The notes under the pieces are model-generated. The model was not told where the DNA came from, did not search any database, and saw only the letters and a program-made list of their open reading frames with translations. Below are positions 36,787 through 49,400 of a DNA stretch of 64,000 nt, in pieces. The translations under genes and the position numbers were made by a program. How positions within the stretch are numbered: the stretch's first letter is position 1; each line of letters starts with the position of its first letter. The stretch comes from Antechinus flavipes (lineage: Eukaryota): contig NC_067398.1 of the NCBI RefSeq assembly GCF_016432865.1, positions 717,650,001 to 717,714,000 on the forward strand, read 5' to 3'.

Positions 36787-37200
36787 GGAGTGTGACCTCC
36801 AGGGAACCCCCCCAGTCTGGGGATCCCAGGGGACCCCAACCCCTGCAAGGGGGCAGGGAGTGTGACCTCCAGGGAACCGCCTCCCCCCCAGTCTGAGGAT
36901 CCCAGGGGACCCCAACTCCTGCAAGGGGGCAGGAGTGTGACCTCCAGGGAACCTCCCCAGTCTGGGGATCCCAGGGGACCCCAACCCCTGCAAGGGGGCA
37001 GGAGTGTGACCTCCAGGGAACCTCCCCAGTCTGGGGATCCCAGGGGACCCCAACCCCTGCAAGGGGGCAGGAGTGTGACCTCCAGGGAACCTCCCCAGTC
37101 TGGGGATCCCAGGGGACCCCAACTCCTGCAAGGGGGCAGGAGTGTGACCTCCAGGGAACCCCCCCAGTCTGGGGATCCCAGGGGACCCCAACCCCTCCAG
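36787..37200. repeat. Minisatellite, about 69 bp x6 (ggagtgtgacctccagggaacctccccagtctggggatcccaggggaccccaacccctgcaagggggca)
   Basis: Six near-identical copies; 23-aa periodicity in the ORF track (VTSREPPQSGDPRGPQPLQGGRS). Confidence 0.95.
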
Positions 37201-37477
37201 GATGCCCTGGAGGCAGGGAGTGCACTGGGGGTGGGAGATGGACAGGGCAGCTAGGAGGGCTGGAGGCTTAGGAGGGAGGCCAGGAAGGAGGCCGGGAAGG
37301 AGACCCAATGGCCACGGGGGCTGCCGCTTCCCGAGGTTTCAGGGAGAGGCTGGGCGTCCACCCCGGCCGGGCCAGGAGGTTGGTCCTCGGGCCTTCGGGC
37401 TCTGGGGTTCCCCGGGCGGCCATTTGTGGGGCGGCGAGTGCTCCGGCATGACCGGCTGGGTTTTTTTCAGGGTCACC

Positions 37478-40400
37478 ATGATGACATCCAAGCCAAAGAG
37501 AATTAAGTTTTCTGAAGAAGAGAAGATTGTGATCCTGGAAGAGTTCAGCCTGCGCAAGGACATCCTCATCCCCAAGACCGGCCGCTACCGCAACACGTCG
37601 GACCGGCAGCAAGCCTGGGAGGAGATCACGATGGCCGTGAACTCGCTGAACCCCCTCGTCCAGCGCACGCCCGAAGAGGTCCGCAAGAAGTGGAAGAACA
37701 TGATCCTGGACGCCCGCAAGGAGCTGGCCACCGCCAAGCACCCCCTGCTGCGGCGGCGCCCCCAGGAGCGCCTCTTCCATAACATCTTTGCCCTGTTCAA
37801 CAAGACGGGCTCCGAGCTCCCCGAGCCGCTGTACGCGACGGGCCCCGGCTTTCGGACTAAAGGTCCCCCCAGCCCCTCCGAGCCCGCCTGCAAGGTGGAA
37901 GGCTTTCTGGACCCCGGCCTGGTGCTCCGGCCCCAGGGCGTCGCCGTGGAGCCCGGCCAGGAGAGGGAGGGTCTCTGTCAGATTGAGGTGAGCAGGAAAC
38001 TGGACTCTTGGCCCGAGGTCTCGGGGAAGAGCCTCCTCCCATCCCCCGTGGACGTTCAGGCCCGATTCAAGGAGGACGCTCTGACCGAAGATGCCTCCGA
38101 CTACAGTGAGAAGAGGCTGCTTGACCCACTGAAGGACTTGCCCCTGCACTGTGAGCCCGTGGCCCAGGTGCACCCCGCCGCGGCCGGCGGGGCCGTCTCG
38201 CCCGAGGGTCCGCCCGGGGACCTGCCCCACCTCTGCACGCTGCCGGTCCCGGCGAGCCCGTCCCCGGACCCGGCTCTGACTTATAAGATTAAATGCCCCG
38301 TCAGCCCCTTGCTAGACTGGCCCTGCTTGGCAGTGAGCGCCAGCCCCGTCACGCCCAGTGGCCGCTTGGACCCTCTGAGCACGGAAGGAATCCACACCGC
38401 CATGACCGACAACGGTGAGCATCCCGCGCTCTCTCTGGCCTTATTTAAGCCTAGCGAGGTCCGTTAGAAATGGGGCCCCCAGAGGAGGTCCCTCGGCTCT
38501 TGGGTCCTTTAGGGTTATCCCTTGGTCTGACAGATGAGGAAACTGAGGCTGTGGATCGCCCGAGGTCACCCTGCAAAGTGTCGGAGCCCAGGTCTTCTCC
38601 CTCTGGGATCATTGCCATTTCCACTTCTCGCCAAACTGGTTTGATAGAAACAAACGTAGAGTTAGACACGAAACAATAATTCCCCATGTTTCTTGCCGTT
38701 GTACAAGTTGGCCACCAGGAGAGGGATCCTCCTTTTACATCAGCGGTCTGAAAACTGGGCTGTCGGGGGTGGAGCGTTTGGGGTTTGCGATGATGGAAAA
38801 AGGAGAGGCTAAAGAAATTTCCTTGAGGAAGCTTTTTAAAACTCTCTCGTTTCAAATAAAGATTCTTTTTGTCCGTATCCTGCCCTTCTTGGTGATCGCT
38901 GCTCAGGTTTGACACAGGCCGCGTTTGGGGGGAAGCTGTGACGTTCAGCCCCATCGCTAAGTGCTGTGAGCTCCCCCCGGCCCCATCGCTCTCGCCAGTC
39001 TCCCTGTCGGTGATCCTGGCCTTGTCTGAGAAAATCCTGGCGTTGACACTTTGTAGCTCGGTGACCCAGCCAGAGCGGGCTCCGGGACCACTCTGACCCT
39101 CAGTTTTCTCACCAAAAAGAATACGCTCTAATTCTGATGCCATCGGCGAAAGCTTTGGCAGTGCTCTAGAGCGAGCCCTTTCTTGGAGAGGGTGCCCTGG
39201 GCATCTGAGCCGCACAATTATCAATGACCTGGATGGAGGCAGGCCAGCCATGCTTACTAGCCTCCCTTCATGGGTCAAAGCCAGGAGAGAGAGAACATTT
39301 TGCATGATGGGAAGGATCAGAAGGCATCTCCATGGGCTAAGGATTGGAAGGGGAGGGAATAAGCTTTTCAATAGCACCACTGTGTACCAGGCTCTGTGCT
39401 CGGCACTTTACAGATAGCTCGGGCCTTGTGCTCCTTGCCCCCGGGGTGCAGAACGTGGAGGGGGTGAGTCAGCTTCTGTAAAGCAGAATTTGACAAGATT
39501 AGAAGAGGCATTAATTAAGGCTGTGGGATACGAGAGAGAGGGATTATGGATTTTTCTCCCATAGTGCTCTCTGGCCCTAAGAGCTTCAAGGGAGGCGTGA
39601 ATTCCGATATCTCATACTAAACCCTGAAATTTCCCAAACGTGTGAACTCCAATGAGTAAGGGTGTGAACACAAGCATTGTATTAATTAGTTCTACTTAGT
39701 ACCTTGTTTCAGGTTCTGGCCCAAAACATCTTCTTGTAAGAGCAGATCAATAATCTATCAGCTCTAATGAGTTAGCAGCTTCTAAAGATTCCAACAGGCT
39801 AAGGATTGGAAGGGGAGGGAATAAGCGTTTAAATAGCACCACTGTGTACCAGGCTCTGTGCTTGGCACTTTACAGATAGCTCGGGCCTTGTGCTCCTTGC
39901 CCCCGGGGGACAGAACATGGAGGGGGTGAGAGGAAAAGCTCCCTAAGGATCAGAGCTGTCCCAGGCAGGCGGGAGCTCCCCCTTCCCGCAGGTCTTAAGT
40001 CAGGATGTTTGGGAAAGGATTCCTGTCGAAGCAGGATCAGGTTCAAGGTTGGATTATTCTCTCCCGGCAGTCATTTTTCAGTTGCGTCCGACTCTTCACG
40101 ATCCCATTTGGGGTTCTCTTGGCAGAAATTGCAAATGGGGTTGGGGATTAGCCGGCGTCACATGGCTGGTGAGTGTCTAAGGCAGGATTTGAACTCGGGA
40201 AGAGGAGTCTTCAGTCTGGCATGTGGTGCCCCCGGCTTCCTTTGGCTTCTCTGCTGCCTCCAACTCGGCGACCCTGGTTCACGTGCCTTGGGAATCACCG
40301 TCCACTCTCTGCTGCTCCCGTGACAGGCTCGGGCCGTCCCTAGCGGCCCCCGAGGGGCCGGTGTTGCAGAATCAGGGAACGGAGCTGGACGAGGAGGGGA

Positions 40401-43400
40401 CCGTTGAGAGGGAGGAAGCCCCACTGTTACACGTAGCATTAATCGGTGGCGCCCACCGCCTCCCTGGCACGTCCGGCTCCCATGTGGCACAGCTGTGATT
40501 GTGAGGGGACATTTCTCTCCAGCCAGCTGACTTGAGCTTTACAAAGCACAGCCCTTCGGGTACCGGAGCTCCACGCATATGCCCTATCCCGAGTCTTTGT
40601 TGGGGAAAACCTGCCCAGTTCCTTCAGCTGATCCTTCCGTGACACGGAGCCCAGGCCCTCCACCATCCCGGCCGTCCCCTCTGGACTCTGAGCTTCTCGG
40701 TGCCTTTCTTAAACCGAGGGGCACTTGATGAAGGCTGAGGATCCCAGCCGGACGATCACCTCCTCTTCCTGGAAGCGGCTCCTCTCTTGGGCTGAATGAA
40801 CACCCTCCATTCCGAGATGGAACGATCAGTCCATCAGCCAGCATTTATTAAGCACCACTAAGGGTCAGGCGCTGTCCCGGCTCCCAGGGATACGAAAAGA
40901 GCCCAGTTCCTTCCTTGGGGAGCTTGTGATGTGATGGAGGAGGCAAACAAATGTATACCGGGCATGCTGCAGACTGGATAAAGAGGAGATAATTAGCTGA
41001 GGGAGGGTGCCAGAATTAAGGGGGACTTAAGCATGTGGAACTAAAGGAAGCCAGAGAGATCAGTGTTTTAGCCTGGGGGATGGCCTGAGAAAATGCTCAG
41101 AGCCCACAGATGGAGGGTCCTGTGTGTGGACCAGCTGGGAGGGGAACAAGGCAGGAGAAGACAGGAGATAGCTTAGGAGGCCTTCGAGTGCCAACCAGAG
41201 CATCTCGTTTTTGCTCCTGGAGCCAATGGGGTGATGAGATCAGACTTGGGCCCGAAGGATGGTCTGGATGGGGGGAGACCTAAGGCAACAGAGCCCCCAG
41301 CAGCCACTGCAGGAGGCCTGGTAGAGGGAATGAGCTCTGGCAGAGAAGAAAAGGGGGAAAAAAGGAGATAGAATGGAGGTGACATGGACAGGCAGAAGTG
41401 GGGAGGAGATCAGGGTGACCTCTCAGGTGTGAACCTGGGGGAGCCAAGAGGGGTGGTGCCCTCAGCTATGAAAGGGAAGGGAATGATGATGAGTCGTGTT
41501 CAGACATCTTATCACTCCATCCTGTCTGACCTTCCTGGACCATAACCCATCAGGCCTTTCTGTCCTCCCCCATCTTCCAGAATCTGTCCACGCTCCTGCG
41601 TGTTCTTCTCTGATCCTGTCTCCACCTCATTCTCTGGCGCCCCTTCTCCTTTTGTTCAGTCTTTCCCGACGTCGGGGTCCTTTCCAATGAGTCCCATCTT
41701 CTCACTATGTGGCCTAAGGGTTTCAGCTTTTGACCTTCCAGTGAACAGTCTGAATCGATTTCTTTGAGGACGCACCGATTTGCTCTCCTTGCCGTCTGGG
41801 GGACTCGGACATTTCCTCCGGCACCACAGTTTGAAAGCCTCGGTTCTGCGGCGCTCAGCGTTGCCGTCTCGTCGCCCAATGCTCACAGCCATACGTCGCT
41901 GCTGGGAAAATCCTAGTTTTGACTTCACAGATTCTGCAGGCAAGCGATGTGTCTGCTTTTTAGCACGCCGTCCAGAGCTTTCTTCCTGAGGAGAAGCGGC
42001 TTTTGATTTCCTGGCTACAGTCACTGTCTCCAGTGATCCTCGAGCCCGAGAGCATAAAACCTGACCCTGCTTCCATTTCTTCTGCCCCTGTTTGCCAGGA
42101 AGTGATGGGACCAGTTGCCAAGATCTTGGGTTTTTTGATATTAAGCTTCAAGCCAGCTTCTGTACCCTCATCTTTCACCCACACCTTCACTTTCTGCCAT
42201 CAGAGTGTATCCCCTGCGCATCTGAGATTGGCGATATTTCCTCCAGTAATCTTCGTTGCCGCTTTTGATTCACACAACCCGGCCTGTCACCTGATGTTCG
42301 CCGCATAGAAGTTAAATAAGGTAACGACGTACGGCCACGTTATTGGCCTTTCCGGTATTAAACCAGTCGGTTGTTCCACATTCAGTTCTCACTGCTGCTT
42401 TTTGGCCCGGGTACAGGCTCCTCGGGAGACAAATGTAATGGTCTAGTACTCCCTGTTGGAGGGCTTGCCCCATTTTATGTGATCCACACAGTCAAAGGCT
42501 TTCGTATAGTCTTTCGGGAACTCCCTCGCTTTCTCCGTTATCCAGCAAGCGTCGGCAGTTTGGTCTCTAGTTCCTTTGCCTCTTTAAAACCCTAAATGCG
42601 CTTGTGATTCTTGTGTCACAGACTGCTGACCCTAACCCAACCCTAACTTCGCGCCAAACCTAGCTTGCAGAACCTTGAGTACGATTTTGGCAGTGTGGGA
42701 AATGAGCACGATTGATGGATAATTGGAAAGTTTCTGGGCGTTGACCTTCTTTAGGGACGTGACCTAAACTGATCGTTTCCCATCCAGCGGCCGCTGTGGA
42801 GTTTTCCAAATTTGCTGGGTATTAAGTGCGGCATTTTAAGAGCCTTAAAAGGCTCAGCTGGAATTCCATCCCCACCACTCGCTTGATTGTCTGCCGGCTT
42901 CCTGAGGCGCACTTGACTTCTCTCTCCAGGATGTCTGGCTCTCTCTAGATCAGGAACCACACCATGGTGGTTATCGGGTTATCAGGTTATCACGGTTCTC
43001 TCTTTTCTTGCCACTTAATCTCTTCTGCTTTTGTTAAATTCCTCTTGTTATCTCACCCATTTTTGCACAAGATATTTTTGTATCTTAAAAGGATCTCTTG
43101 GCTTTTCTATTGTTTTTTTTTTTCCTGTTTCTTTGCATTGTTCATTTAAGAAAACCCTCCTCTCTCCTTAGTATTCTCTGGAATTCTACATCCTGTTGTA
43201 GTTATCTTTCCCTTTCCCTTTCCCTCTTTCCTCGGCTGTTTGCCAAGCCTCACGGAAGTCAGTTTGCTTTCTGGCTCTTTTCCTTGGAATATTTTTTGTT
43301 GCTGTGGCCTGCACGATATTGCAACCCCCTGTCCGTAGTTCTTCGGGCCCTCTAGCTACCGGATCTATTCCCTTAAATGTATTCATAATGCAGTCGTCGT

Positions 43401-46400
43401 TTCCACTTCATATTCAGGTGAAATGTTGTTTAGGTCTGATAATTTCTCCTACTTTCTTCAATTTAAGTCAGGATTTGTCACTAAGAAGCTCATGCTCAGG
43501 GCCACTGCCAGCTCTAGGTCTTGTTTTAGCTGACTCCACCTTTGCCTGTAAAGAATATACATAATCTGTCTGATTTTAATATTGGCCATCTGGTGGTGTC
43601 CACGTGTGGAGGCACCTCCTAGTGGTCGAAAAAGGATGTTTGCCGTGACCAGAGAGTTATCTTGCTCAAACTCTATTGCTGTCCGCCCTTCTTCATTTTG
43701 TCCTGGGAGAGCAAGGGTTAAGATGTCTCCTAAACATACACCGGGAGATGGGTGAAAGACAAGAGAGATTGGAGGTCAGCAGAGAGATTGAGGCTCGAAA
43801 GGCAGATTTGAATCGGTAGGAGCTGGTGAGATGCCAAATCAGAGGGAGAAAGGAAATGGACGGAGCCCTAAAGGACCCCTCTGGTGGAGGGCACCATCTG
43901 GACAGCAAAGGGGGCAGAGGAGGAACGGTCAGAGATGGAGGAGAACAAGGAGAGCCAGCGTCCCGAGCACCCGGATAGAAGAGAGGCTCAGGGAGGAGAG
44001 AGTGAGGGATGCGTCATTACCTGCACAGAGGCCAGGGAGCAGGAGGGTGGGGAAAAGGCTACTGGCTGTAGCACCTAAGGGATCCCTTTGGGGAACGGTG
44101 ATGTCGGAAACTGGAACTGTCCGAGAGCGTGAGAGAATCCAGAGGCCTTTTCCAGGAGTTTGGCTCCAGAGACATAAGGATGTGGTGCAGAAGGAAGGAC
44201 AGTACATTTTAAATGAGATAAAATCTCCAAAAATTTTCAAAGTGCTTAGGTCAAAGACCGGCACATGGCCGGTGCAGTTCGGGTGCTCGGTCTCTTTTTC
44301 CCTTTTTCCCATCTGCTCCGTGACCAGGCCACTCCCACTTTGTTCCAGAGAAGTCGAGCGTTCAGTCCCCGACCAAGGCTGGATATTCCTCTGCCGAATT
44401 TCAGCTTCCATCCCAGACCCTTGGGGGTCTGATTCGGTCTCCCTCCCGTCGGTGTGGCGTGCCGTCTATGCCTTCGTCCAAGTCCCTGAGAAAACTGTTG
44501 GGAAGTTCACGGGAGGGCCTGGGTCTCAGCACTGCGGACAGCTCTTCCTTGCCTGGGAGGGAGCTCGGGGAGCTGGGAGTCACCAAGGAAGAGAAAGGGG
44601 ATTAAGGGGAAGGAAGCCTGAGGAGAGGCTTGGAGGCAGGAGGAGGATTGCGTGACCTCGGGCCCCGCTTCTCATTGGTGGGTGAAAAACATGGGCCTGT
44701 GGGGAAGGCTTAGCCAGAGCCACAAAGCCACAAGCACAAAGCCTTCTTCAAACACAGTTAAGAAATCTGAGGCTCTCTGGGAGGGCGGAGAGCCTCGGGC
44801 GAGGGGGCAAAGGAAGACTCCACGGGTCTTGCCCAATCCCTGCTCCTTCCCCTACCTTCCTGCTGCTCCCCCGTGACCCCAGCCTGGTACCGCCCACAGC
44901 TGCAGCTCCTCTCTGTGGTGGGGCCCAGCAGGGATGCCCTGAGCTCATGGGCTTGATTTCCTCCCCGCCCCAACAAGCCAGTGAGTGCCTCTGGCACCCC
45001 GGCTGAGGTGCACCTTGACCTCTGGCCTTGGACTTGAGGATGGGGTGGGAGGAATCCGTGAGGGAGACCAGAGTTCAGTTACAGACCCTGTTCTTGCCTT
45101 GAACAGCAGCCACCCAGTCAGGGAAAACTAGATTCATCCTTTGTGGAACTCAGCACCAGATAGTTTGGGATTAACCTTTAACCTCAGGCCAAAAGCAGAG
45201 CTGGGGCGGCCTCTGGAACTGGGCAGAGCTGGCAGGGGCCCTGGAGGCCCCCACGCCCATACCCAGTGAATCGGCCTCTGCCACCCCTTACTTCCCTGGT
45301 AACGGATGTTCCTGATTTCCCTCCTGTGCCTTTGCCTGGCTCTTGGGTTTCCTTCCCCCAAGGGCAAGTGTATTTCCCAGAGTTCTGTCTGGTGCCTCCT
45401 CCTGTCCCCTCCCTCCCCAGGGTGCCATCGCAGGTCCCCCAAAGGTCAGGCTCTCCCGAGAGTCCTCGGGTCTCCTGCCCAGCGTCCGGCCAGCCGAAGC
45501 AGCTCCATCCCCCGGCCCGGCTGCCTTAGTCTAGGTATCCTCCCCCACCCCATCATGCCTCTGGTCTCTGGCCCCGCTCCCCCCTGTGCCAGCTATGGTG
45601 GCCCCCATAGCCCCGCCCAGACTTGGGAGAGGTTGCCAGAGTGGCCGAGGAGGGCGGCGAAAAGCCTTGCCCTCTTCCACGTTCTGGGCCGGGCCGGGAG
45701 ACTCCCGAGGCACCTGTAGTGAGGAGGGAGGGATGGGGAGAAAGGTTCAGAATCAGCAGCAGAAAGGAGGGATGCAGGTGAGGGAGGCCAGGCTCAGAGG
45801 CCTCCCCCAGGACAGGGAGGAAGAGGCCCCTGCAGAGGAGGCAGGGGAAGGAAGGGGTGGCCCCAGCCCGGGGCACACACAGGCCCCGAGTGAGCGGGAG
45901 CCGCCGAGGGACCTGGGAGGGAGAGTACTGGGTGTGCAGAGGCCCCGCGCGCGGGCTGGAGTCCTGCTGCTGCTGCTGCTCCCAGCCCGCTGTGGCCTGG
46001 GGAACGAGTGTTCCCCGCCGGGCCCCGGTTTCTGGAAGACGGGGGGTTAGCCTGGCTGTTCCCATTCTCCCAGGCTCCGGGCCAAATTAGCAGCTGTCCT
46101 GGGGCGGAGGGAGGCGGGGCAGCTTCGGGATCACCTCCGATCGGCTTCTCAGCTGGCAGGTAGGGGGCAGGGAGTCGGGAGGCCGGGGCTGAACCCCACG
46201 GCCTTCCACGCTTATTCTGCGGGTCTCCGACCTCGCCCCCATTCCAAATGGATACTAGAAGTGGGAGAGGGAGAAAGGTCAGAACTCCTCTTCCCCACGG
46301 AATCAGGCTGGTGCACACTGGGAACCTTGGGTGTGGGCACGTGGAGCCGGGCGATCTCACCACTTCGGGGTGCTTTAGTGCAGTGGAGCGGGCCAGGCGG

Positions 46401-49400
46401 GGTCTGCACGGGAGGGCCGGGGCAGGGGGGCGGGCCAGAAACGGGGCGTCTTCCCTCCAGACGCACTGAAATCTGGCCAGTGCGTGGCTGTGCACTTCCA
46501 GCAGAGGCAGGTTTGGGAGACCCCTTTAAAAAAAAGGAAAGAATTAGAGTCAGAGATCGTCAGAGCTTGAAAGGTGAGAGTTCAAAGGCATCTTACCAGA
46601 ATGTTCCAGCTACTGCAGAATTTAGCTTGTCTAAGTTGGGACAGAGGTCAGAGGCTGTCAGTTTGAGAGAGTCCTTAGAACAGGGGAGGTCAGGGCTGGG
46701 AGGGGGCTTAGAACAGGGGATGTCAGGGCTGGGAGGGACCTTAGAACAGGGAATGTCAGGGCTGGGAGGGGGCTTAGAACAGGGAATATCAGGGCTGGGA
46801 GGGAGCTTAGAACTGGAGATGTCAGGGCTGGGAGGGGGCTTAGAACAGGGGAGGTCAGGGCTGGGAGGGGGCTTAGAAGAGGGAATGTCAGGGCTGGGAG
46901 GGGGCTTAGAACAGGGGGTGTCAGAGCTGGGAGGGGCCTTAGAACATGTCAGAGCTGGGAGGGGCCTGAGTTTAAGGAGGATCAGAATCAGGAGATAAAC
47001 CTGAAAACCATACTCAGTTGGAAGAGATTTTGTAGCGTTGGGTAGGAAGTGCAGGGAAGCCTTCCCCACCAATGAGAGTGTCCCCAGGGGAGGGGACCCC
47101 CCCACCCCCCGACGAGTGCTGGTTTCCCTCCACCAGGTGGCGGATGCCCCCTTGCCACCTGTTGGGAAGGAGATTCACGTGCAGTTGTGAAAGGCAGTGG
47201 ATGCCTCCTGTCCAGAGAGCCCAGCATTCCTGCTCCACTTGGAGTCACTCCCGGCCTCGGGGGTGGGGAAGAAGGAATGGTACAACACAGAGGAGGCGGG
47301 GGCTGGACAGATCCGGGACAAGCCAGGGCCGGCAGAGTGGCCTGGGCTGGACTCCAGGCGGGCTGATTCTGGGCCATTGGAAGGGGTCGCCCTGGTGGAT
47401 CCCCAAGGACAGGCTGGGGGGGGGGGCACGTCCGCCCACTCTGGTTCGCGCTCTCCACAAGCATTGGCCGTCCCTGCCCGCGCCCCGCGCCTGCGATTTG
47501 TCTGGAACATCGTGTGGAAGCGGGAAGCAGAGCGCGGGGCGCCCTGGGCTGGCTGGCTCTGTCCGAGGTGCTGGGGGTGCCAGGGAGAGGGCCCAGGTGG
47601 GGAGACACCGGCCACGGGAAGGCCCATCCCAGGGACCTTAAAGGGCAAGACCGGTAATTTGGGGAGCCGTGGGGGGTTCAGGCTGGGAGAGAGAGACTTT
47701 AGTAGGCAGAGATGAGGAGGGGGCAGTCAGGGCCCAGGGACAGCACGAGGCCAGTGCAAATGGCCTGGAGACTGCTGAGGGGCCACCTGAAGCACATTAT
47801 TCCCAAAGGGCTTCGTGCGATGCTGGGGGCAGTGGGCGCCCTGGGAGGTTGTTGAGCAGGGATGGTGATAGTTACCTGCCATCTCAGGGGGATGGACTGG
47901 AGTGTGAGGAGAGAGGAGGCCGGGAGGCCGTGGCAGTGGCCGAGCCGGCCGGGACATCCCCCCTCCTCTCAGTGATTTTGGTCTGCTCTCCTTCCAAGAG
48001 GACCGACTTTCCCCTCTAGAGGACTTGCCCGTGATGGCGGAGGCACCAAAGATGGAACATTGGGACCTCAGAGGCCTCGTCCGATGCTAATGAAGTCCTC
48101 TGACTCCCAGCGTTCCTGGGGAGCCCAGGGGGATCACAAACACCTGGGGCCATAGAAACGGTGTTGGGGGCCTGATGCCCATCACCAGTGGGCTAGACTC
48201 CCTCCGGACAGGGCTGGCAGGAACCACAGGGCCCGGGCACGGGCCAGCTCTCCACAGGGCGGTGACAGATAACTCTGGTCCCTTTGCAGGGAGGGAGGGA
48301 GACCTGGGCCAGAAGCCAAGTAGAGCCATCACTGAGTGTCTGAAGAGAGGAGGGAGGGGACGGTCGGGCACGGGAGCCACAGAGCTCCTTTGTCTGCCAC
48401 CCCCAGCCTGTGGTTTTCCCTGATTGGACAAGCACTTAGAGCAGGCCCCGCCCACAGATGGAGCCCAGGGTGGGCGTGTGCCGGAGCCCCAGCCTCCAGC
48501 CTCATCCCTTCTGGGGCCATTTGTTTGGTCCATTCTGCCTGCCTGGGAACTGGTGACCTTGAGCCTGTCACCTGCCGGGGCTTACTGACTCACTGGGATC
48601 CCAGATTTAGAGTTGGAAAGCATCTGAGAGCCAATGGAGTTCAGGGCTGACATCCTGTGGAGGAGGGAACCGAGGCCCAGCATTGCAGTGTGGGGGAGAG
48701 GCAGGGAATCTGAATCCAGATGTTGTGACTCCAAGGAGAGGGAGGTTTTCTCACTGTACCATCCTGCGAGTGACAAGAGGAAAAGTGCTGGACCTGGGGC
48801 TTGAACCCAGATTCTCTGCTTCCAGCTCTAGTGCTTGCTGCAGGGCTGCAAATGTGGCCAGAATCCAAGCATCTTCCGGTCCAGGGTCCCAGCATCCTCA
48901 GGGCCAGAATCCAAGCATCTTCCGGTCCAGGGTCCCAGCATCCTCAGGGCCAGAATCCAAGCATCCTCTGGTCCAGGGTCCCAGCATCCTCAGGGCCAGA
49001 ATCCAAGCATCCTCCGGTCCAGGGTCCCAGCATCCTCAGGGCCAGAATCCAAGCATCCTCCGGTCCAGGGTCCCAGCATCCTCTGGTCCGATCTGCTGCT
49101 TCTCCCATGTCCCCTTATATCCCATGCTCTCCTCAGTGAGGCCGGCCAGGCTCCCCTCCTCTTTGACTTCCTTGTCTCTCCTCCCCCTTTTCCTTTGTTC
49201 TCCTTCAGTGAGCGCCTCGGTGGTGACCGCGGAGGAGGACTTGCTGCCCGGCCCCCGGCCCGGCGAGGAGGGGCTGCCAGAGAAGGATTCTGGGGAAGTG
49301 GCCAAGCAGAGTCGCCTCCAGACGGAGATACTGGAGCTGCAAAAGGAAACGCTGCAACTGCAGAAAGAGAAGATTCTCCTGGAAAAGGAGAAACTGGTCC

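Noticed and set aside
37202-38467. 421-aa single-exon ORF as the full Myb/SANT gene
   Set aside because: The first 92 codons precede a strong acceptor at 37470, and a GTGAG donor at 38415 links in phase to the coiled-coil exon at 49209; both ORF ends are read-through into introns.
45586-48019. Possible extra internal exons of the Myb/SANT gene (about 45720-45778 and 47700-47850)
   Set aside because: Weak acceptors, no recognisable similarity, and not needed for frame continuity.
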